DNA from: Octopus vulgaris
Taxonomy: Eukaryota
Direction of reading: 5' to 3'
Length of the DNA: 64,000 nucleotides
NCBI GenBank assembly: GCA_951406725.2
Contig: OX597832.1
Coordinates: forward strand, 24,800,001-24,864,000
The translations under genes were made by a program, and so were the position numbers. The notes under the pieces were generated by a model. That model did no database searches, was not told the origin of the DNA, and saw only the letters and a list, made by a program, of their open reading frames with translations. This document shows positions 52,418 through 64,000 of this stretch, piece by piece. The number at the start of each line of letters is the position of its first letter. Positions within the stretch are counted from its first letter, which is position 1.

Positions 52418-53979
52418 GAGATAAAGAGACATAGAGAGATAGAGTAAGCGGTATGTCTTCAATAGCTGCTTCATCTCGGTTACTGGAGAGTTGGCTTGCT
52501 CAAAGAATTTGGAATAGGTGTATCTTTAAATCTTCATAAAACTATATAACCGCTATTCCAAAGCTTCTCTTTCCGTCGCAGGTTTTATATCATTCTCTTG
52601 TTCTTAGTTTCTTATTTTTTCTCCCCCCACCACACGCACAATATTTTCCTTCTTCCTCACCATTTTCATTTACGCACTCTACTTCATCACATTCTCTATT
52701 TTCCTCTCTCTATCGCTCTGCCTGTCTGCCTGTTTGTCTATCTCCGACTTTTTCCTCCTCTCTCGCTTTGGCGATCTGATCTTTCGTCTCTACTGGTTTC
52801 CCTGTGCCTCTCACCATCTGTATTTATGCATAGATAGACGGAAAAATTGAAACAATACTTAAAAAAACACGTACAAGCACACACACACACACACACATAC
52901 ACACACGCACACACACATGCATCCGTGCACTAACACTTATACCCGCTTACATACACACACACGCGCGCGCGCGCGGATAAAAGAAGCACACTCGTGCTCT
53001 CATCTTTCAATTCTCACCCTTTTCCTCTTTCTTTCTGTTAGAAATTTATTCACAATTTTCTTAAGTTCCTTCCTTTCATTCATTCAGTAATTTATTTATT
53101 TAGTTTTCCCTTTGCTCGTTTCTATGTGTGTATTTATGTATGTGTTGTGTGTGTGTGAGTGCGTGTGTATATGTATGTATGAATTGTATGAATGTATGTA
53201 TATATATATATATGTGCGTGTGCGTGTCTACCTCTCTTTTTCCGTGTCTATCTACTTGTATGTATGTATGTATGTATGTGTATGTATGCGTGTGTATGTA
53301 TGTAAGCAGGCATGTATGTGTATGTATGCATGTGTCTATAGATGTATGTACTTAAGTATGTATGTATGTATGTATCTATCTATCTATCCATTCATCCATT
53401 ATCTGTCTTTTTAACTCTCTATCTCTAAACCCATTCGTATATGTATTTATTTATTAGTATATCTATCTAATCATTTCTCTATGTCTGCCATCCTTCAATC
53501 CATACTTATAGTTGAAGTAAAAATATACCTTGAAATATTGTGTGATGGAAGCAAGAACACTTTGAAAACTGCTTGCAGGAATACTTTGAAAATCTCGGAT
53601 CAAAAAGCTCCTTTTTCGGAAACCGGCAACGATGGCGCAGCTCTGGGTTGCGCAGGAGTAGACATGTGATACAATCTGCTGTATTCAAAGAATCAATTAG
53701 TTATGTCAAAATGTCTCCGATGACGTAAACTGTACAGGTCACGTGCCCATTTCTCCTGCAATAATCTGTTGACTTAATGATTTATTGATAGTTGCAGGTC
53801 ACAATGATATGGTAAAAGTATGAGCGCATACATCCACACATACAGACACACACACACACGCATACATACGCACACACATACACACACACGCACACACACA
53901 CAAAAGTACACGTATGTACTTGTGTGTGTGTGTTTATATGTATATATATATATATATATGAAGATAATTATATAATTTC

Positions 53980-54285
53980 AGGAGTGGTTGTGTGGTATTT
54001 AGCTTGCTTACCAAGCACATGATTCCGGGTTCAGTCCCACTGCATGGAACCTTGAGTAAGTGCCTTCTACTATAGCCTCGGGTCAACCAAAACCTTGTGA
54101 GTGGATTTGGTAGACGGAAACTGAAAGAAGCCTTTTGTATATATGTATATATTTATTTATGTGTGTGTATATGTTTGTCCCCCCGACCCCCAACATCGCT
54201 TTGCAACCGATGCTGGTGTATTTGCGTCACCGTAACATAGCAGTTCTGCAAAAGAAACTGATAGAATAAGTACAAGGCTTACAAA
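53980..54285 (+). mobile_element. SINE family A, 3'-truncated
   Basis: GGAGTGGTTGTGTGG...GGGTTCAGTCCCAC...ATAGAATAAGTACAAGGC. Confidence 0.85.
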
Positions 54286-54297
54286 GCCTTTATATAT

Positions 54298-54997
<700 letters not shown>

Positions 54998-55402
54998 CAC
55001 AAAAAAATTAGTTACACGGAGCAGTGAGGATACACTCGTGTGCTCTGTAACGTAGAAAGGCCTTTCGCTGTGAAAATAATCTCGTGAAAAATTTGACCTC
55101 TCAAACAACATGTGAAACCACAATGAACAACTGATGACATAATCGGATGGTGCGTTACGCGTTTCTGCGATGCTTAGTATCGTATGCGACGAACCCCGAA
55201 ATCGTCGTTTAAAGTAATATCAGCTCTCTAATTCTATATATAACAGCAAACATTAAAATTACTTGCATACATAAATCTCTGTCAAGCTCTCTGCTATTAA
55301 TTAACTATTTGACAGCACCGCAAATTAAGTACTGTTTAGTTGATAATTTTGGCTTTGGGAGTTAAATAATCCACTCTGCCCTCCTCCTCCTCCTCCTCCT
55401 CC

Positions 55403-55495
<93 letters not shown>

Positions 55496-55496
55496 T

Positions 55497-55858
55497 ATGT
55501 TTGACGTTTGCTTTATATTTGTACAAGTTGGCTCCAAGTCTCACCCAGAGACCTCAAGAGACAACAGGTTGGAAGTTCGTGATGTTGTTATGCCTAGTGT
55601 GCCATATACTTGGTTTTGTATTTAGTATTGTACTAGTGAATGTAAAAAAAAAAAATGTTTGTTTTAAAAATTGAGATTACATAGAAAGTATTTTGCGTAG
55701 GATATGAGCAGTTCCCATGAGCACTATCTTTTGAATTTCTGCCATGTTTGGGTTTCCTGGTATCTGAGTTAGGTAGCAATCAGCCCCTTTTGCTATCATT
55801 CCCAGGGCACCTATGACAACAGGTATTGTTTTAGTCGTGCTATCATTCCCAGGGCACC

Positions 55859-55860
<2 letters not shown>
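55497..55860 (-). mobile_element. 5'-truncated R4/Dong-like non-LTR retrotransposon inside a (TAA)n repeat
   Basis: TIPVVIGALGMIAKGADCYLTQIPGNPNMAEIQKIVLMGTAHILRKILSM* is the RLE-clade C-terminus; (AAT)n on both sides in element orientation. Confidence 0.8.
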
Positions 55861-55927
<67 letters not shown>

Positions 55928-55938
55928 CATCATCATCA

Positions 55939-56120
55939 AGGCTGCGAGCTGGCAGAATCGTTAGCACGTTGGGTGAAATGCTTAGCGGTATGTCAGCCAT
56001 TCTCATATTCTGAGCTCATATTCTTACGAGGTCGACTTTACCTTTCAGTTTTTCGGGGTCGATAAATTAAGTAACAGTGAAACACTGGGGTCGATGTAAT
56101 CGACTAGTCTCCCTCCCCCA
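55939..56120 (+). mobile_element. SINE family B
   Basis: GGCTGCGAGCTGGCAGAATCGTTAGCACG...GAGGTCGACTTTA, directly after (ATT)n(CAT)n. Confidence 0.8.
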
Positions 56121-56134
56121 AAAGATTATTTATT

Positions 56135-57263
56135 TCACACACGATACTGAAATTATATAGACTTTATCACATTTCTATGAAATTTGACATCAGAAAGATG
56201 TCAGTGACCCACAAAACCATTCTCTTTTGAAGACATAAGGATTGCATGTAGGGTACGAACTCACTTTTCGCAAACATGGTAATGCTTGCGAACGCATCTT
56301 TCTGAAAACCATGATGCATGTGCAAAACGCTGACTCATCTTTATATATAAAAGTGAAGTTGCCTGTCTGTCTCCTACGATTTAGATCCCTAACTACTCCC
56401 ACATTTTGCGGTGCAGTTTAACCAAAACCGGGTATCTTATAGTCGTGATTCATATCGAGCCCTTCTGGGTATTAGCGCGCGTCTACGATGAGTCTACGAT
56501 TTTAAAAAAATTACCATCATTTTTTCCCATTTTTAATGCATTTGTTTCGCTATTATATAAGGGAAGTAACTCTCTAAAAATGTCTACGATGAGTCAACGA
56601 TTTAAAAAAAAATTACCATCATTTTTTCCCCATTTTTAATGCATTTTTTGCTATTTTTTGGCTATAACTCTCTAAAAATGCTTATATAGTTATTTCCCTT
56701 ACAAACCCGAGCAACGCCGGGCGATACTGCTAGTTGGATATAAAAGGCACCCAAATTTACCAGCCTGTCATTCGTTTCCTGAATGCAGTAAGCATGCCGA
56801 GACTTACATGAAATCAGAAGGAGCAAGTCATTGGATGTATCCATGCTGGTCAACGTCCATAGGTCATTGCTAATGACTTGAATTACACTATTCAGACAAT
56901 AGAGCGGCTGCGGGAACTATACAATGCTACAAACAGAATGGAAGATCGTCCACGCGGTGGCCGACCGTGGGTCATAACGACACGTCAAGATCGTCACCTG
57001 CACTGACAACATTTTCAGGACCGATTCCGAACGGCAACGGAATCGGCAAGGCAGACCCATTTGTGCTGAGACCGTTCGCTAAGGTCTTTCAATCTGTCTT
57101 GTCGACGTCCGGCTAAGGGCTCCATCCTCACAGATCGTCATTGATTCAATACAAACGCGTTGAGGGCAATAAAATTAATTATCTTGTGAATTTTTGAAAA
57201 ACGCCCATCCTCTCAGCTTTACCCTGTATTTAGTATGTGTGCGACGTTCCTTTTGCGGTTCAG

Positions 57264-57266
<3 letters not shown>
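56135..57266 (+). mobile_element. Internally deleted Tc1-like transposon (N-terminal HTH remnant from ATG 56794)
   Basis: MPRLT*NQKEQVIG...EDRPRGGRP.V.TTRQDR...DRFRTA...RRPAKGSILTDRH; right end CCTTTTGCGGTTCAG-TA-like; left end uncertain. Confidence 0.75.
56338..56733 (+). mobile_element. Non-autonomous Helitron
   Basis: 5' TC, 3' CTAG preceded by the hairpin CCCG-AGCAACGC-CGGG, inserted between A and T without TSD; internal duplication of about 65 bp. Confidence 0.9.
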
Positions 57267-57322
<56 letters not shown>

Positions 57323-57330
57323 AGGTTTGT

Positions 57331-57397
57331 CTAAATAACTGACGAGATGCCGGATCAGTTTTCCACCCCGACATCCGAAACTCGGAATTTAATTATG
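57331..57397 (+). ncRNA. Hammerhead-like motif, near-intact core
   Basis: CTGACGA-GATG.CGG(loop)CCG.CATC-C-GAAACTCGGAAT-T; G16.2 mutated relative to the ACTC-N-GAGT stem III. Confidence 0.5.
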
Positions 57398-57518
57398 GCA
57401 ACCGAATACTTGTCACATATATTACAGATAAATTCCTCTATTTACATAATATAAAGGTCTCATTCATTCTTTTGTTGTCTTACCATTTCTATCAATATAT
57501 ATATATATATGTATGTGA

Positions 57519-57567
<49 letters not shown>

Positions 57568-57629
57568 TTAATCCAAACAAGAAAGCACAAAAAACACAAC
57601 AACGCGAGGACGTGGAACAAATGTAGTAT

Positions 57630-57700
57630 TATTGGACGCTCAGGAAAGAAGGAAAGAAGGAGGGCATAACGTTTCGAGCGGAGCTCTTCGTCGGAAACAT
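57630..57700 (-). ncRNA. Hammerhead-like motif, U4C variant with extra A after A9
   Basis: Minus strand CCGACGA-A-GAGC-TCC-GCTC-GAAACGTT...AGCGTC; stem III ACGTT/AGCGT, stem I poor. Confidence 0.5.
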
Positions 57701-57745
57701 AGGAGAAGGAAAGATCCAGAGAAGGGAAGACAGAGGAAATAAATC

Positions 57746-57834
<89 letters not shown>

Positions 57835-58574
57835 ATATATATTTATTTATTTATGCAAACATGTACATGTATATGCGTATGTGTGTGTATATATACATAC
57901 ATAGATAATAGAGATCTGTGTGTGTGTGTGTGTGTGATGTATACACAGATGCATGTACGCTTGTATGTATGTAGTATTTTATTTCAGTGTATAGTACAAA
58001 CTCAAGCGGACAACCACAAGTTTGTCGGAGTGTAACTGAGCAGAAATCCAAACATATTTGTACCGAGGCGCTGGCTGCATAAACACTGTTTTCGAAGACA
58101 GCTAAACAGACAACAATATCTTGGTGGGGGTAGAGAAACAGAGAGAGACACACACAAAGACATCTGAAGAGTAGAAAGCAGAACTTAACAAGAATCTATT
58201 GATCTACTTCTTTATGTGAACAATAGCTACAAGACAGACGTGTGTAGGCGAAGACCAAAAATACGATGAATCTGAAGAGTTGTGGAACATCTAATCTGGT
58301 CTACTTCACACTCATCAGATGTTGCTTATAATTAACAAAAGAAATGTATGTCTAAATCTTTGGACGGGTTTCGTTAGCTTATTACGAGTGTGCTGTGTGT
58401 ATATGTATGCGTGAAGGTATGTGTGTGCGTCGTTGTAGTTTTGTGCATCTGTGTACAGGTGTCGTATTGGATCTGTGGTTGTATATCCGTTCAGATGTGT
58501 TGATATCATGGCCGTCTCTGTGTACACGTGATTAGATAATGGCGAGGAGTTATTGCAATATTCACTGCGAGCAA

Positions 58575-58850
58575 AGATTGCGCGTATGTATGTATGTATG
58601 TATGTATGTATGTATGTATGTATGTATGTATGTATGTATGTATGTATTAATATATGTATGTATGTATGTATGCTTGTATGCTTGTATGTATGTATGTATG
58701 TATGTATGTATGTATGTATGTATGCTTGTATGTATGTATGTATGTATGTATGTATGTATGCATGTATGTATATCTCTCTGTCTGTCTGTCTGTATGTATG
58801 TATGTATGTATGTATGTATGTATGTATGTAGGTAGGTAGGTAGGTATGCA
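58575..58850. repeat. (TATG)n array
   Basis: Direct reading. Confidence 0.95.
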
Positions 58851-59169
58851 TGTATGTATCTATTTGTCTGTCTGTCAGTCTATCTATCTATCTATCTATG
58901 TTTCTCTGTATCTATATATATATATATATACACACAGGTGTATATATATGTATATATGTCCATGTTATGTGTATACACACATATTTATGCGCACGCATAC
59001 ACACACACAAGCACACACAAGCACACACATACACACACACATATACATACGTATGCAGCATATGCATATGTATACACATACATATATAAATATGCATACG
59101 TATATATACATATATGTATAGATACACGCACACACATATATTTATATACATATATACATATGTATACAT

Positions 59170-59212
<43 letters not shown>

Positions 59213-59783
59213 TAGATAGATATCTATACATATACATATATACACATATATATACATATATGTGCGTCTTCATAGATGTTTATGTGTGATTGTAATAACT
59301 TGCCTTTATGTCTGTATAGAAACGTATGTTGAAGTTAGTAGGAGTGGGTATACATGCAAATATCTAGATAAATACGTATACCTATATGTTCTGTGTGTAT
59401 ACAGGCATCAAAACAGCTTGCTTACATTCGTGTTTTCATCAATACATGTCTATATATAAATCTGTAGACAACTTTTTTTTATGTAGATGTCAATATGTGC
59501 GAATGTTTGTAAGTATATCTTTGTGGTGTATGTGTGCGGAAAATTAGATGTGCGCACGCACAAAGACACTGACACACACACACGCACACACTCGCGGGAC
59601 CTTGGGAAAGTTTGTTTATGTGTGTACCTGTGTATTTGTAGGATGAATGCTAAGCTTACCTTAATCTCTATCGATTGCCTATGTGTGTTTAAATGATACT
59701 GGATTAATAACGGTTTGTTCTTTCTCACTGTTGTCCCATACACAGTCATGTATTGAACGTACACTCACATACACACAACACAC

Positions 59784-59822
<39 letters not shown>

Positions 59823-60134
59823 ACACACATACACAAACACACACATATAAATACACACACATACGCACATACACTCTAACACACAGACATGCACGCACAC
59901 ACAGACACACAGAAAGACGCACAAACACACACACTTGCTCATACACACTCTAGCACAAATATGCGCACATATTCACACATTCACAAATATGGACATATGT
60001 ACATTCTCACATATATAGATTACTTACTGCAAAGAGCGACACTTTCATGTAGAGTCTAACACAATACTCTTTCACATGCTCACAAACACAGTCAAATACA
60101 CATTTAGTTACACGCACACACAATAAAACCTACC

Positions 60135-60176
<42 letters not shown>

Positions 60177-60374
60177 CAGGTACGTAGCAAAGCATGCACG
60201 CTTGCACACACGCATACACAATCACGCATACACAAGGACAAGCACAAACAAGCGGCATGCACGGACCATATAATGTTACACCTCATCAGAGGCTTTCAGT
60301 GTCGAAAGACCTGGAAATAGTTGCTCTTGTTGTTTTATTGTGTTTAACTGATGGTCACCTCTGATCACATTTGT

Positions 60375-60550
60375 TTTTTGATCCTTCCCGAGGTACGATT
60401 GGCTCATAAAGGCCGGTTTCCCGGTTTCTTGGGCGTATAGGTTTCTCACCTGGTCGGTACGCCGGGCCGTCGCAGGTGAGCTGCGAGATGCAGGAGGAAA
60501 GAGTGAGAGAAAATTGTGGTGAAAAAGTCAGCAGAAGTTCGTCATTACCT
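60375..60550 (-). mobile_element. 5'-truncated copy of SINE type D
   Basis: Matches 61795-61960. Confidence 0.8.
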
Positions 60551-60552
60551 TA

Positions 60553-60583
<31 letters not shown>

Positions 60584-60599
60584 GTAGTAGTAGTAGTAT

Positions 60600-60940
60600 T
60601 GAAGGCGCATGGCTCAGTGGTTAGAGCGTCGAGCTTACGATCGTGAAGTTGTGAGCTCGAATCCCGGACCGGGCTGCGTGTTGTGTTCTTGAGCAAGGCA
60701 CTTTATTTCAGGTTGCTCCAGTTCACTCAGCTGTAGAAATGAGTTGCGACGTCACTGGTGCCAAGCTGTATTGGCCCCTTTGCCTTTCCCTTAGATAACA
60801 CTGGTGGCGTGGAGAGGGGAGGCTGCTATGCATGGGCGACTGCTGGTCTTCCATAAACAACCTCGCCCGGACTTGTGTCTAGGAGGGTAACTTTCTAGGT
60901 GCAATCCCATGGTCTGTGTCGTGACCGACGGGGGTCTCCG
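60600..60940 (+). mobile_element. tRNA-derived SINE with CORE-like domain and a third tail type
   Basis: TGGCTCAGTGG A box, GCTCGAATCCC B box, TTGAGCAAGGCACTTTATTTC CORE-like block; tail ends GACCGACGGGGGTCTC. Confidence 0.8.
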
Positions 60941-60974
60941 ATTATTGCTATTGCTATAATAATCCTTTCTAAGC

Positions 60975-61190
60975 CAGCAAGCTGGCAGAATTGTGAGCGC
61001 TCCGGGCAAAATATTTAGCGCTATTTCGCCCGTTGCTACCCTGTGATCTCAAATTCTGCCGAGGTCGACTTTGCTTTTCATCATTTCAGGGTCGATAAAT
61101 TAAGAACCAGCTGAACGCTGGGATCGATGTATTCGACTTAAGCTCTCCTCCGAAATTGTTGGCCTTGTGACAAAATTTGAAAAACCAATA
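60975..61190 (+). mobile_element. SINE family B
   Basis: AGCTGGCAGAATTGTGAGC...GCCGAGGTCGACTTTGC. Confidence 0.8.
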
Positions 61191-61789
61191 TTTGCAAGAA
61201 GATGATATGCAAAAGAAAAAAAAAAGGATTTGAAGACGAATGACATTAATTACTAGAACAACACTAAAATTCATAAAATAATTCAGAATGTGGAGAAATT
61301 TTATATATTATTACTTCTTCCTTATGAAGCTGATTTTAATTAATATATTATCTCAATAAATTATCTCAGAATTTCTGTAGAATCTCTGAATATAACAGCT
61401 TCTATTAAATGATAACTGTTCAGTTTATTTTGAAAAATGCTTTGGAGAAATGATGTAATATATTATCTAAAGAGATAACCCACAGATTAATACGTGTATT
61501 TACTACAAATACTTGTGTAAAATAAGACGAAGATTAAATTACGTGGTTTATCACTGAGACACACGCATATACACACACGTAAAATGCATATGCATTTATT
61601 CAAACATGCACAAACACATACAAATCTATATATTTAAAATACACGGAAAATCTGAATAATTTTGTGTGTATATTTGCATTTATATATACATATACCAATG
61701 TGTGTGCTTTTACATACATACATACATGCGCGCACACACACATACGTACATATTTCAGTTTACACTCACATACATGTATATATATATAT

Positions 61790-62091
61790 GTTTGTTCCTT
61801 CCCGAGCCATGACTGTGTCATAAGGGCCGGTTTCCCGGATTCCTTGGTGTATAGATTCCCAGCCTGGACTGGACGCCGGTCCGTCGCAGGTGAGCTGCAA
61901 GATGCAGGAGGAAAGAGTGAGAGAAAGTTGTGGCGAAAGAGTCAGCAGAAGTTCGCCATTACCTTCTGCCAGAGCCGCGTGGAGCTTAGGTGTTTCGCTC
62001 ATAAACACACACATCGCTCGGTCTGAGATTTGAACCCACGATCCCTCAACCGCGAGTCCGCTGCTCTAACCACTAGACCATGTACCTCCAC
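61790..62091 (-). mobile_element. Full-length SINE type D (family-C head, V-domain-like block, own tail)
   Basis: Head GGTTAGAGCAGCGGACTCGCGG as at 16654; CTGCGACGGACCGGCGTCCAGTCCAGG resembles V-SINE body sequence (recall). Confidence 0.8.
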
Positions 62092-63020
62092 TATATATAT
62101 ATATATGTGTGAGTATATGTATATTTATAAATATGTACTCACATGTATATATACGTATACATATATATATGTATACATTTAAAATGTGTATTTGTGCACG
62201 CATTATATATGCATATGAACTTATGTATATGTATATATTTGTGTTTTATTTGCGTTCGTATTTGTGTGTGTGCGTGTGTGTTTGTAAGATAAGAAAAATG
62301 CTAAAAAAATAGAAAGGTTTTGAGGAATTTTGTTGAGGAATAGATAATACATGAAGCAAAAAAAAAAACAGTTAACAGGTTGGGCAAATTAAGCAACGGC
62401 AAACACTCTCCCTGTCGTTTAATTGGTCATAATGACACCCACTCGAATGAAGGAATGCAGTTAATGTCATAAGCCTTGAGGGAACTCGATATCCCAATGC
62501 ACATATTCATAAATGGTCTGCTCGATCAGGGCCGATGTGTTGCTAATGAAAAACAACAAGAACATCGACAACAACGACTCATAGATCGCAAATTCTTCCT
62601 CTTCTCCTCCTAACCAATTTTATATCCCCGATTTAGCATCGTGTCCCTTTGTCTTCTGGGATGATATCAACAAATAAGTAATAATGAAAAATCGTTACCG
62701 GTTCCTCGGAATCGTTTGGTGCACATTTCTTGGTCAACATTTCTTAATATCTTTCCGGAGCTACTTTCGTTTCCTGACAGAAATGGTTTTTACTGACAAC
62801 CGCAATCACCAACGAAGGAAAAAAAAACCAGGATAGATTGTAAAGGAACTTGACACTTTATATTAATATATATTGGAAATATATTTTTGATAAGGATATA
62901 TTCGAATTATATATTTATAATTCCGACAGCTAGGATAATTTAGTGCGATGGATTTGTTTCTTTCAGTTTGTATATATTTGGAGCCTGTATATGTGTGTAG
63001 TTGAGTGTGTATCCTGTATC

Positions 63021-63420
<400 letters not shown>

Positions 63421-63904
63421 AGGTACACTCATGTCAACTTTATTACAACTTATAATTTCGTCCACATAATTTGGCATTGGCAGGTCACCAGTGGAACAGG
63501 GCCATCTTAAATCAGTTTTCTATTTTCTTAAACGGAGATCTATCGCCCAATAGTTAGCAAATGCTGCCAACCTGATCCATCACTTAGTACACAGGTGACT
63601 ATTCTGTGGACCACATTATCTTGAAAAAGCTTCCAGCCCTGTAGAAATGATTTCAAAAGTTAAAGTACCTGTCATATTTTTAATACACAGAATATTGGAA
63701 TGGGATGTTTTCGAAAAATCAATTTAGCAACAGACCCAAACTTTCTACAGACTAACAGTTGAAAATTAGCCGGAGGTGGTCATTATTGAAATACAATTAT
63801 ATAGCGAAATCTGATATATATTATCCTATCACAATAGGGCGCTTCCTTGTGATTTCATATAGAATATATTATTTACCACTAACATTCAGCTTTTTTAACA
63901 CAAC

Positions 63905-63939
<35 letters not shown>

Positions 63940-64000
63940 GTCGCTTGACTGACCGTTACCTCCAAAAGTTTCTTTTTATTCTCTGTTTATTTTCTCTGCT

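Noticed and set aside
55133-58300. Other CTGANGA heptamers (55133, 58184, 58281; also 18146, 38805)
   Set aside because: No stem II followed by GAAA, so they were not counted as hammerhead-like.

Overview
AT-rich, microsatellite-saturated eukaryotic genomic DNA. The repeat content (tRNA-derived SINE families, Penelope-like termini, very long (TA)n/(CA)n arrays) matches what I recall of Octopus/cephalopod genomes; this assignment is an inference. No rRNA, CRISPR array or intact protein-coding gene is recognisable, and nearly all ORFs in the supplied track are microsatellite artefacts. The window is a transposon graveyard: at least four modular SINE types, decayed mariner, maT/DD37D, Tc1, hATm-like and Tigger-like DNA transposons, CR1 and R4/Dong-like LINE fragments, and a complete non-autonomous Helitron nested in a Tc1. 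A few weak exon candidates exist (11666-11950, 25104-26491). The most notable signal is about a dozen minimal type-I hammerhead-ribozyme-like motifs of the Penelope-associated, palindromic-stem-III (dimer-cleaving) kind. One has a fully canonical core (10541-10602), one is intact except for a U4C change (15998-16036), and several sit at the centre of long genomic fold-back hairpins. Also notable: SINE multimers with a recurrent junction, a head-to-head pair of tRNA-like sequences, and a 760-bp E-box-rich minisatellite. All coordinates and alignments were read by hand and may be off by a few bases.
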